From Actinomycetota bacterium (GTDB lineage: Bacteria > Actinomycetota > Acidimicrobiia > IMCC26256 > PALSA-610): a stretch of DNA of 64,000 nucleotides. The stretch is taken from NCBI GenBank assembly GCA_052390615.1, contig JBQTGT010000017.1, forward strand, positions 70,536-134,535. Direction: 5' to 3'. Positions 8,571 through 17,537 of the stretch are shown here, one piece after another (position 1 is the stretch's first letter; every line of letters starts with the position of its first letter). Below the pieces are notes generated by a model that was not told the DNA's origin, searched no databases, and worked only from the letters and a program-made list of their open reading frames with translations. A program made the translations under genes and the position numbers.

Positions 8571-10850
8571 CTATTCGCTCTTGAGGGCGATGGCGATCTC
8601 GGCGCGGGCGGCGGTGTCGTCAGGGGGCGCGAGGGCGGGGATCTCGAACGTCACATGGTGCAGTGTCGCCGAGAATGGGAACGGCGGCTCGTACTCTCCG
8701 ACGACGGGGAACCCGCGGTCGTAGCCAATCGTCAGGCCCGCGCCGCCAATCTGCCAGCGAAATGGCAGCGTGTGCGCGACCTCGGCGCGCGCGACCTCGG
8801 CGCCGTCGACACACAACGTCCCGACGCCGCAGTCGTACGCGAACGACAGTTCGTGCGCGCCGGGTCCGATCGCGAGCGGTCCGTCGATCACTTGCGGGTG
8901 GCCGAACGCGTTGAACACGTGCACGAGCCGACCGTCCTTGACGTAGAACGCGATGCCGTTCGTCCAGTTGCCGAGCGCGTACAGGATCCCGCCGAGCGGC
9001 GAACCGTTCGCACCGACGTCAACCGCGGCCGTCGCGACGAACCCCGCGCCCAACGGCGGCATCAAGTCCTCTTGCACCGGTCCGCCTCCGGGCCGGTACA
9101 CCGTGCGATGGCGGGGCGCGTAGCGAGGCCGGAACATCGCCGATACCCGCCCGATGAACGTGTCGTCGAGTGGCAGTACGCCGTTGCGCCCGGCCTCGGT
9201 CCACCACCGGTCGACGAGCAGGCGCACGCGTTCGGGCTCGGCGGCCGCGAGGTCGTTGGCTTCCGAGAAGTCCTCGTCGATGTGAAAGAGCAACCATCGG
9301 TCTTCGCCGAAGTCGCCCCTGCTGCCTTCGACGAGTTCTTGTTCGACCGGGAGCTGCCGGCCGACATGGTCGGTGGTCGCCTTCCAACCGTCGTGGAAGA
9401 TCGCGCGGCTCCCCATCAGCTCGAAATACTGCGTGTCGCGCGGGGCGGGCACCGCCGCGTCCGCGAACGTCGCGGTCAGCGACGCGCCGTCGACACGAAG
9501 CTGTTCGACGCCGTCGACAATCGGCGCGGGCTCGATCCGCGCCGCGTCGAGAATCGTGGGCGTGAGATCGACCGCGTGGCAGAACTGGCTGCGCAGCTCG
9601 CCGCGCGCGTCGATGCCGTTCGGCCAGTGGACGACGAGCGGCGTGCGCGTCCCGCCGAGCCAGGTGTAGCGCTTCCACAGGCGCAGCGGTGTGTTGCCGG
9701 CCCACGCCCAACCCCACGCGTAGTGGTTGTACGCGCGAAACCCACCGAGCTCGTCAATCTTCGCGATGTTCTCGGCGAGGTCCTCGTGCAGGCCATGGAC
9801 GAACCGGTGCTCGTTCACCGAGCCGTACGGCCCGCCCTCGGCGCTCGTGCCGTTGTCGGAGATGAGCAACACGAGCGTGTCGTCGAGCACATCAGTGATG
9901 CGAAGGAAGTCGACGATGCGCCCGATCTGGCGGTCGGTGTGGGTCAGAAACCCGGCGAAGACCTCCATCATCCGCGCGTACACGCGGCGTTCGTCGGCCG
10001 CGAGTGAGTTCCACTCCTGCACCCATGACGGACGCGCGGTGAGCGTCGTTTCGGCCGGCACGACGCCGCTCGCGATCTGACGTTCGAAGACGCGTGCTCG
10101 CCACGAGTCCCAGCCGTCGTCGAAGGCGCCGCGATAGGGCTCGATCCATTCGGCGCCGACCTGGTGCGGCGCGTGCATTGCGCCCGTCGCGAAGTACAGA
10201 AAGAACGGCTTGCCCGGCGTCGACTGTTGTTGGTCCTGCACCATGCGAATGGTGCGATCGGCGAGATCTTCGGTGAGGTGGTAGCCGTCGGCCGCCGAAC
10301 GGGACGGCTCGACAGAGTGGTTGTCACATACCAGTTCGGGCGTGTACTGGTTGGTGTCGCCGCCGAGGAAGCCGTAGTAGCGCTCGAACCCCATCCCGAG
10401 CGGCCAGCGGTCGAACGGCCCCGACGCGCCCCACTCGTCGCGGGGCGCGAGATGCCACTTACCGACGGCGTAGGTCGAATAACCCGCGTCGCGCAAGTGG
10501 CGCGCCACCGTCGCGGCCGAGCGCGGCATCCGGCTGTGATACCCGGGAAACCTCACCGCGACTTCGGGGAGCAACCCCATCCCGACGGCATGGTGGTTGC
10601 GGCCGGTGAGCAGCGCCGCGCGCGTCGGCGAGCACATCGCCGTGACGTGAAAGCGGTTGTACCGCAACCCGCCCGCCGCCAGCGCGTCGATGTTCGGCGT
10701 CGCGATGTCGGAACCGAAGCAACCGAGCTGGCCGAAGCCGAGATCGTCGAGCACGACCACCATCACGTTCGGACCCGACGTGCGCCCGCGCGACGGCTGT
10801 GGGAACGGCGTCGATTCGGCGATTGTCGGTCCGATGTGCACGCGACTCAC
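8571..10850 (-). CDS. Arylsulfatase (Cys-type, formylglycine-dependent) with C-terminal extra domain
   Basis: 759 aa. ..VVVLDDLGFGQLGCFGS.. and the CSPTRAALLTGR signature. Confidence 0.9.
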   Translation of the reverse strand: MSRVHIGPTIAESTPFPQPSRGRTSGPNVMVVVLDDLGFGQLGCFGSDIATPNIDALAAGGLRYNRFHVTAMCSPTRAALLTGRNHHAVGMGLLPEVAVRFPGYHSRMPRSAATVARHLRDAGYSTYAVGKWHLAPRDEWGASGPFDRWPLGMGFERYYGFLGGDTNQYTPELVCDNHSVEPSRSAADGYHLTEDLADRTIRMVQDQQQSTPGKPFFLYFATGAMHAPHQVGAEWIEPYRGAFDDGWDSWRARVFERQIASGVVPAETTLTARPSWVQEWNSLAADERRVYARMMEVFAGFLTHTDRQIGRIVDFLRITDVLDDTLVLLISDNGTSAEGGPYGSVNEHRFVHGLHEDLAENIAKIDELGGFRAYNHYAWGWAWAGNTPLRLWKRYTWLGGTRTPLVVHWPNGIDARGELRSQFCHAVDLTPTILDAARIEPAPIVDGVEQLRVDGASLTATFADAAVPAPRDTQYFELMGSRAIFHDGWKATTDHVGRQLPVEQELVEGSRGDFGEDRWLLFHIDEDFSEANDLAAAEPERVRLLVDRWWTEAGRNGVLPLDDTFIGRVSAMFRPRYAPRHRTVYRPGGGPVQEDLMPPLGAGFVATAAVDVGANGSPLGGILYALGNWTNGIAFYVKDGRLVHVFNAFGHPQVIDGPLAIGPGAHELSFAYDCGVGTLCVDGAEVARAEVAHTLPFRWQIGGAGLTIGYDRGFPVVGEYEPPFPFSATLHHVTFEIPALAPPDDTAARAEIAIALKSE

Positions 10851-12043
10851 GCGGTCACGCCGATCGGGACTTCGAGCCAGCCCCGAACCGTGCTGGTGTG
10901 CAGACGGACGGCCCGATCCAGGTCGACCTCCCAGCGTGGGAATCGCACGAGCGTTTCCTCCAGTCCGATGCGTCCCTCGAGCCGCGCCAGCGCGGCACCG
11001 AGGCAGAAGTGGATGCCGTAGCCGAACGACAGGTGGTGGTCGATGCGACGGCGGATGTCGAAGCGATCGGGATCGGCGAACTTACGCTCGTCGCGCCCGG
11101 CGGCGCCGGTCAGCAACAGCACCTTCGCGTCGACCGGAATCGTCTGTCCGTGCAGCTCGACCGCGCGCGTCGTCCATCGGCCCTGCACTGGCGACGGTGC
11201 CTCGTAGCGCAACAACTCCTCGATCGCGTTCGGGATCAGCGCGTGGTCGGCGGCGACCTCGGATCTCTGGTCGGGAGACGCGCCGAGGACCACCGCCGCG
11301 TTTCCAAGGAGGCGCGCAACCGTCTCGGTGCCGGCCGCGATCAGCAGGTTGGCGAACGAGGTGGCTTCGTGCACGGTCAGGTTGCGGGTGCTCCCGGCGT
11401 CATCCGTGATCTCGGCCTGTACCAGCGCGGTCAGCATGTCATCGCGCGGCACCTTCCGCCGATCCTCGAGTTGTTGGCCCATGTACTCGAAGATGGCGAC
11501 CTGGGCGCGCAGCGACGTGTCGTTGATCATGCCGACACCCGGCTCGATGTGGAACATCTGATCGATGTGGTGTCGCGCGAATGCTCGATCGGACTCGGGA
11601 ACGCCGAGCAGCAACGAAATCACTTCGGACGGCAGTCGCGCACCGAAGTCCTGGACATAGTCGAACGTGTCCTCGCCCGCGACGGCATCGAACAGCTCCG
11701 CGCAGAGCTCCCGGATCCGCGATTCGAGCTGTGCGACCCGCCGGGGTGTGAACGCGCGCGACACGAGCGCGCGCAGCTGCGCGTGCTCGGGCGGGTCCAT
11801 GAAGATGATCGAGCTCCCAAAGTCACCGACGTCGGCATGCATGATTTCGAGCACCGTTCCGTGGGCCGAGCTGAACGTGACGGGGTCTCGGTGCGCGGCC
11901 TCGACGTCGTCGAATCGGCTCAGCGCATAGAAGTCATACCGCTCGTTGCGGTACACGGGTGCGTCATCGCGCAGCCGTCGCCAGACCGGATGGGGATCGC
12001 GGTCGATATCCGTGTCGAAGGGGTCCCAGGCGAGATCGGACAT
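10847..12043 (-). CDS. Cytochrome P450
   Basis: 398 aa. Heme-binding FGYGIHFCLGAALAR and EELLRYE. 4-nt overlap with the sulfatase start. Confidence 0.9.
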   Translation of the reverse strand: MSDLAWDPFDTDIDRDPHPVWRRLRDDAPVYRNERYDFYALSRFDDVEAAHRDPVTFSSAHGTVLEIMHADVGDFGSSIIFMDPPEHAQLRALVSRAFTPRRVAQLESRIRELCAELFDAVAGEDTFDYVQDFGARLPSEVISLLLGVPESDRAFARHHIDQMFHIEPGVGMINDTSLRAQVAIFEYMGQQLEDRRKVPRDDMLTALVQAEITDDAGSTRNLTVHEATSFANLLIAAGTETVARLLGNAAVVLGASPDQRSEVAADHALIPNAIEELLRYEAPSPVQGRWTTRAVELHGQTIPVDAKVLLLTGAAGRDERKFADPDRFDIRRRIDHHLSFGYGIHFCLGAALARLEGRIGLEETLVRFPRWEVDLDRAVRLHTSTVRGWLEVPIGVTA

Positions 12044-12083
12044 GGCCGCCCGATCGTACGCACCCCGTCCGCGACCGTGCCCA

Positions 12084-12125
12084 GGCGCCGAATTGCATCG
12101 CGAGAATTCGACTCTGTGGAGGAAA
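12084..12125. repeat. Repeat family C, degenerate copy (right arm tcgactctgtgga plus inner cgaatt/aattcg hairpin)
   Basis: A 13-nt core identical to 18993-19005. Located in the divergent P450/acyl-CoA ligase intergenic region. Confidence 0.5.
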
Positions 12126-12177
12126 TGAGACAGCTCGGGCGCGGGCGCGAGGGCACGGATCAGCTAGAACTCGGGGC

Positions 12178-13833
12178 ATGTCCGACCGCATTTGGCTGGG
12201 GGGCGAGCGGCACACCATCACGGCGTTGCTCGACCGGCGGTTGGATACCGATCCCGACAGCCAGTACCTCGACGTGTGCGGCGCGACGTTCACGGCCGCC
12301 GGCGTCGACGCCACCGCCAACCGGATCGCGAACGCGCTGCGCGGTCTCGGCCTCGCGCCGGCCGATCGGGTCGCGATCCTGATCGAGAACTCCCCCGAGG
12401 CAATGCTCGCATGGTGGGGCGCCGTCCGCGGTGGCATGATCGCAGTGCCGATCAACACCGCGTACAAGGGTCAGTACCTGCACCACCAGCTCGGCGACTC
12501 CGGCGCGCGCGTCGTCATCGTCCAGCGCACGCTCGCCCACCGCGTCGACGCCGTGCTCGGCGAACTCCCCGATCTCGAACACGTCGTCGTGGTCGACGAG
12601 CACGAAGCACCCGGCGAGGGCCACACGATCTCGACCGGCGCAACACCGAAGGTGCACGAGTGGTCGGAGCTGTTCACCGGCGACGCGTCGCGCCCCGCGG
12701 TCACCGCCGCACCGTCAGATCTCGCGACGTTCATCTACACCGGCGGCACGACCGGCCCATCGAAGGGGTGCATGCTCAGCCACAACTACCACGCGGCGCT
12801 CACCCGTCAGATCGGGACCTGTTGGCAGCGCACCGCCGACGACGTCGTGTGGACTCCGCTGCCGCTGTTTCACTACAACGCGCTCGTCACCGCAGTGATC
12901 GGCGCGCTCGCGTTCGGAGGGCGCGCCGCGATCTACCGGCGGTTCTCAGTATCGAGCTTCTGGACCGAGATGAACCGCGTCGGTGCGACGATCACCTCGA
13001 CGCTCGGCACGATGGCCTACTTGCTGGCCAACGACGAGGACCGGCCCGAGATGCCGCGGTCGGGTGCGGCCGAAGCCAACACGACACTGCGGCTCTTCGC
13101 CGCGGTCCCCCTGCCAACCGAAGTCGACAACAACTTGCGCGAACGATTCGACGTCGAGACGTTCAGCGGCGCGTTCGGCCTCACCGAAGCCAGCCTGGTG
13201 TCGTGGCAACCGCCCGGCGTTCGCAACAAGCCCAACGCAGCCGGCGTGCTCAACGATGAGTACTTCGACGTGCGTCTTTTCGACGACGACGACGACGAAG
13301 TGGCGGGCGGCGAGAAAGGTGAAGTCGTCGTTCGCCCGAAGCGGCCGCACGTCATGTTCGAAGGGTACTGGGGCAACCCGACCGCGACCGTGGCCGCGAC
13401 GAAGAACATGTGGTTTCATACGGGTGACATCGGCCGCGTCGACGAGGACGGATACCTGTTCTTCGTCGACCGCAAGGCCGACTACCTCCGGCGTCGCGGC
13501 GAGAACATCTCGAGCTTCGAGGTCGAGAGCATTTTGATGGGCCACGGCGCGCTCGCGGACGTCGTCGTCCACGCGGTTCCGAGCGACATGAGCGAGGACG
13601 ACCTGAAGATCACCGCGACCGTGAAGCCGGGCGCCGCCATCACCGAGGAAGAGCTCTTCCGCTGGTGCATCGATCAGCTTCCGTACTTCGCGCTCCCGCG
13701 CTACGTCGAGTTCCGCGCCGAGCTGCCGCGCAGCCCGGTGGGCCGAGTGCTGAAGCGGACGCTGCGCGACGACGGCGTGACCACCTCGACGTGGGACGCC
13801 GACGCCGCCGGCGTGAAATACGACAAGCGCTAG
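12178..13833 (+). CDS. AMP-dependent synthetase/acyl-CoA ligase
   Basis: Trimmed to MSDRIWLGG... Motifs IYTGGTTGPSKG, ..FHTGDIGRVDEDGYLFFVDRKAD.., ..GRVLKR... Confidence 0.85.
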   Translation: MSDRIWLGGERHTITALLDRRLDTDPDSQYLDVCGATFTAAGVDATANRIANALRGLGLAPADRVAILIENSPEAMLAWWGAVRGGMIAVPINTAYKGQYLHHQLGDSGARVVIVQRTLAHRVDAVLGELPDLEHVVVVDEHEAPGEGHTISTGATPKVHEWSELFTGDASRPAVTAAPSDLATFIYTGGTTGPSKGCMLSHNYHAALTRQIGTCWQRTADDVVWTPLPLFHYNALVTAVIGALAFGGRAAIYRRFSVSSFWTEMNRVGATITSTLGTMAYLLANDEDRPEMPRSGAAEANTTLRLFAAVPLPTEVDNNLRERFDVETFSGAFGLTEASLVSWQPPGVRNKPNAAGVLNDEYFDVRLFDDDDDEVAGGEKGEVVVRPKRPHVMFEGYWGNPTATVAATKNMWFHTGDIGRVDEDGYLFFVDRKADYLRRRGENISSFEVESILMGHGALADVVVHAVPSDMSEDDLKITATVKPGAAITEEELFRWCIDQLPYFALPRYVEFRAELPRSPVGRVLKRTLRDDGVTTSTWDADAAGVKYDKR

Positions 13834-13851
13834 CCCTGTAATCTCGGCGTC

Positions 13852-15138
13852 ATGCGCGTCGAGGACATGGTGTTCATCAGCGTCGACGACCACGTGGTCG
13901 AGCCGCCGCACCTGTTCGAAGGCCGACTCCCCCAGAACTACGCCGACCGCGCGCCTCGCGTCATTAGCACCGACTCGGGTGACGACGTGTGGACGTTCGA
14001 GGGCGCGCGGATCCCGAACATCGGGCTGAACGCAGTGGCGGGCCGCCCGAAAGAAGAGTACGGCGTCGACCCCACCGCCTTCGACGAGATGCGACCGGGC
14101 TGCTACGACGTGCACGAGCGCGTGAAGGACATGAGCGCGGGCGGCGTACTCGCGACGATGAACTTCCCGTCGTTCCCGTCGTTCTCCGGCCGCCTGTTCG
14201 CGAACTGCGACGACAAGGACCTCGCGCTTGCCGTGACGCGCGCGTACAACGACTGGCACATCGACGAGTGGTGCGGCAGCTATCCCGGCCGCTTCATCCC
14301 GATGGCGTTACCGGTGCTGTGGGACCCGGAGTTGAGCGCAGCCGAGATCCGGCGGGTCGCCGCGAAGGGGTGCCACTCGATCACGTTCACCGAGAATCCG
14401 GCCGCGCTCGGCCTGCCGAGCTTCCACGACGCGCACTGGGATCCGATGTGGCGAGCGCTGGTCGATGAAGGCTCGGTGCTCAACATCCACCTCGGGTCGT
14501 CGGGCCAGCTCGCCGTCACCGCGCCCGACGCGCCGATGGACGTGATGATCACGCTCCAACCGATGAATATCTGCGCGGCGGCTGCCGATCTCGTGTGGTC
14601 CCGCATCTTCAAGGCGTTCCCCACACTTCGCGTCGCGTTGTCGGAAGGCGGCACCGGCTGGATCCCGTACTTCCTGGATCGACTCGACCGCACCTACGAC
14701 ATGCACCACCTCTGGACCGGCCAGGACTTCGGTGACCGGCTCCCATCGGACGTGTTCCGCGACCATATCTTGACGTGCTTCATCGCGGACCCAATCGGGA
14801 TCGCGCTGCGCCACGAGATCGGCATCGACAACATCTGCTGGGAGCAGGACTACCCGCACTCCGACTCGTCCTGGCCGAACGCCCCGGAGGAACTGCATCG
14901 CGTCGCGGCCCGCTACGACGTACCCGACGACGAGCTCGCCAGAATCACGCACGAGAACGCGATGTGTTGGTATCGCTTCGACCCGTTCGCCCACCGCCCG
15001 AAAGAACGCGCCACCGTCGGCGCTCTCCGTGCCGAGGTGGCGGGCCACGACGTCGCGATTCGCGCGATGGACAAGGGCCGCCACACCAACACCGAGCGCG
15101 TCAGCCTCGGCCAGCTCGCCCGCAACGCAACCGCTTAG
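13852..15138 (+). CDS. Amidohydrolase family protein (Amidohydro_2-like)
   Basis: 428 aa. ..FISVDDHVVEPPHLF.. and ..ICWEQDYPHSDSSWP.. are typical of this metal-dependent hydrolase family. Confidence 0.8.
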   Translation: MRVEDMVFISVDDHVVEPPHLFEGRLPQNYADRAPRVISTDSGDDVWTFEGARIPNIGLNAVAGRPKEEYGVDPTAFDEMRPGCYDVHERVKDMSAGGVLATMNFPSFPSFSGRLFANCDDKDLALAVTRAYNDWHIDEWCGSYPGRFIPMALPVLWDPELSAAEIRRVAAKGCHSITFTENPAALGLPSFHDAHWDPMWRALVDEGSVLNIHLGSSGQLAVTAPDAPMDVMITLQPMNICAAAADLVWSRIFKAFPTLRVALSEGGTGWIPYFLDRLDRTYDMHHLWTGQDFGDRLPSDVFRDHILTCFIADPIGIALRHEIGIDNICWEQDYPHSDSSWPNAPEELHRVAARYDVPDDELARITHENAMCWYRFDPFAHRPKERATVGALRAEVAGHDVAIRAMDKGRHTNTERVSLGQLARNATA

Positions 15139-15464
15139 GGTTGCGACGCGAGCATCGTCACGCGACTCGTCAGGTCCGCGAGATCGAGAATGCGCCGGAT
15201 CGGTGCGTCGCCCAGAACGAATAGGTACAGCACTCGACCGCGCGCGCGGAGTCGCTCCTCGATCGAGAACAAGAGCCGGATACCCGAACTGTCGAGGTAG
15301 GTCGTTTCGGACAGGTCGATGACGTGGCGACCGACGGCGTCGTCGACGCCGGATTCGATCTCTTGGCGCACGCGGTCGACGTTCGAGATGTCGACCTCAC
15401 CGGCGATGCGGACGATGGTCCCGTCATCGCCCTCGACGATCTGGACTCGCGCGAGATCATCCAT
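15135..15464 (-). CDS. STAS-domain anti-sigma-factor antagonist
   Basis: 109 aa. ..IAGEVDISNVDRVRQEI..VIDLSETTYLDSSGIRLL.. contains the conserved phosphorylatable DSSG. Confidence 0.85.
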   Translation of the reverse strand: MDDLARVQIVEGDDGTIVRIAGEVDISNVDRVRQEIESGVDDAVGRHVIDLSETTYLDSSGIRLLFSIEERLRARGRVLYLFVLGDAPIRRILDLADLTSRVTMLASQP

Positions 15465-17469
15465 GGGGCACCGCCACTTCGACCCGCCGCCGGAGGCAGA
15501 CCTCTGTGCCGGCGGCGCTCGACGCGACGTCGACGGCGTCCATCAGCGCGCGCATGATCATCACGCCGTTTCCACCGTATGTGGGTTCGGACCGATCTGG
15601 GACGCGCCACCGGCCGCGGTCGCGGATCGTGATCACGAGCTCGTCGCCGACGATGTACGCGTCGATCTCGATCGTGCCTTCGGCGATGCCATACGCATGC
15701 TGCACCGCGTTCGCGCAGGCCTCGCTCGCGGCAACGAGGACCTCGAACGCCTGCTCGGAATCGATCTGATTCTGGAACAGCCACCGCGAGATCGCGTGCC
15801 GGGTCGCGGGCACGGACTCAGGAGTCGCGGGCGCGCGCAGGCTGAGGCGGTCGGGAGCGCTCGCCACCGCGCAGAGCTGGACCGCAAGCAGCGCCACGTC
15901 GTCGGAGGGACCGTCGGGCAGGAGCGTGTTCACCACGCGATCGCACAACTCATCGACATCGCGCGGCCCCGCCGCGGCGATCCGGCGGAGAAGTTCGAGT
16001 CGGTCGTCGATCGACTCGGTGCGCCGTTCGATCAACCCGTCGGTGTAGAGGACGAGCGTCGCGCCCGCCGGGAGCTGCACCGTGGCCTCTTGGAACTCGA
16101 TGTCGGCGGCGACACCAAGTGGCACCGAGCGTCCTCCGTTCGCGTAGCTGGCTGCGGCTCTCGTATCGATGACCAGCGGCGGAAGATGTCCCGCGCTCGC
16201 GAACCGGACTCGGCCGCTGGCGGGTTCGAGGTGCGCGTAGAGCACCGTCGCCATTGCGGTCGGGTTCAGCTCGCGGATCACGCGATTGAGGCGGGCCAGT
16301 GCCTGCGCCGGGCCGAGCGCTTCGAGCGCGTACGCGCGCAAGGCCATGCGGATATGCCCCATCGTGGCCGCCGATCCGATTCCGTGGCCGGCGACGTCGC
16401 CGATCACGAGTCCAAGCCGGTTCTCCGAGAGCGTGATGATGTCGTACCAGTCGCCGCCGACCGCGACTTCGGAGGTGGCCGGGATGTAACGGGTCGCGAG
16501 CGCGACATCGGCGGCATGCGGAAGTCGTTCGGGGAGCAGGCTCCGCTGCAGCGTCTCCGCGACCCTGTGTTGGCGTTCGGCCATGTGACGACGTTCCGTC
16601 ACCGCGGCCGCGAAGAAAAACGACGTGAACGCGACCGCGGCGTTGAACGTATGAAGGAACACCATCTGACCGAGCAGTGTCTCGCCCTCGAACGGCCCCG
16701 CGTCACGCGCGGCGGCCGAGATGACGATCAGGGACACGAGCAGACCGGCGGGGGCGGCGCCGCGTTGCTGAAAGCGCCAGGCGATCCCTCCGAGCAACGG
16801 CAACGTGACGAAGAGCATTTCGTGTTCGCTGTACACCGCGACCAGGCACGAGCCCGCGAGCAGGGCGAACAGGCTGCACGCCTCGATCACGCGCGCGGCG
16901 CGGATGTTCGATCTGCGGCCGACCGCCAGCGACCGCAGCGACCAGAGGAACGGCGCGACGATGAGTACGCCCATCGCGTCGCCCGTCCACCACACCGACC
17001 AGGTCTCGAGGAAGTCACGGCGTTCGATCTCGTCGGCCAACAGGAGCGTCGTCGATCCGATGGTCGCGCTGATGACCATCGCTCCCAATGCGCCGACAAA
17101 GACGATCGCCAGCGCGTCGCGGACTCGGTCGAGCTGGGTCCGCAGGCCCGTGTGGCGGAGAAGGTACGCCGCGGTCAACGGCGCCAGCGTGTTGCCAACC
17201 GCGATGCCGGCGGCGGCGAGCGGCGGGCTGCTCGTCAAGTTGGCCGCGAAGGCGCCAACCGCGATCGCCGGCCAGGTCGGAGGGCCGAACGCGAGGAAGG
17301 CGACGAGCGCGACTCCGGTGGGCGGCCAGAGCGGCGTGACGTCGTTGCCGACCACCGCCAGTGCGAGTCCGAGACGCGCCGCGAGGTAATAGCCCGTCGC
17401 GACCGCCAAGAGTCGCAGCGGCACTTCCCACCGTCCGCCCGGGTCGCCTCGAATCGCGATCGTTCTCAC
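15457..17469 (-). CDS. MASE1 membrane sensor fused to a PP2C/SpoIIE phosphatase and an RsbW-like HATPase kinase
   Basis: 670 aa. N-terminal multi-TM region with LWPPTG and WWTGDAMGVL. SpoIIE core GGDWYD..GDVAGHG..LYTDGL. C-terminal ..ASEACANAVQHAY..GGNGVMIMRALMD... Confidence 0.85.
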   Translation of the reverse strand: MRTIAIRGDPGGRWEVPLRLLAVATGYYLAARLGLALAVVGNDVTPLWPPTGVALVAFLAFGPPTWPAIAVGAFAANLTSSPPLAAAGIAVGNTLAPLTAAYLLRHTGLRTQLDRVRDALAIVFVGALGAMVISATIGSTTLLLADEIERRDFLETWSVWWTGDAMGVLIVAPFLWSLRSLAVGRRSNIRAARVIEACSLFALLAGSCLVAVYSEHEMLFVTLPLLGGIAWRFQQRGAAPAGLLVSLIVISAAARDAGPFEGETLLGQMVFLHTFNAAVAFTSFFFAAAVTERRHMAERQHRVAETLQRSLLPERLPHAADVALATRYIPATSEVAVGGDWYDIITLSENRLGLVIGDVAGHGIGSAATMGHIRMALRAYALEALGPAQALARLNRVIRELNPTAMATVLYAHLEPASGRVRFASAGHLPPLVIDTRAAASYANGGRSVPLGVAADIEFQEATVQLPAGATLVLYTDGLIERRTESIDDRLELLRRIAAAGPRDVDELCDRVVNTLLPDGPSDDVALLAVQLCAVASAPDRLSLRAPATPESVPATRHAISRWLFQNQIDSEQAFEVLVAASEACANAVQHAYGIAEGTIEIDAYIVGDELVITIRDRGRWRVPDRSEPTYGGNGVMIMRALMDAVDVASSAAGTEVCLRRRVEVAVPHG

Positions 17470-17537
17470 CCCCGCGGTCGGTACACCGCGAGGCTAGATC
17501 GGATTTCGGAGGGTGCCGTCCGACGGAGTCCGCCGCG

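Noticed and set aside
15135-15138. Convergent amidohydrolase and STAS genes sharing overlapping stop codons (cTTAGg)
   Set aside because: The overlap is real in the sequence, but it is a common consequence of compact genomes. No additional structure was seen.
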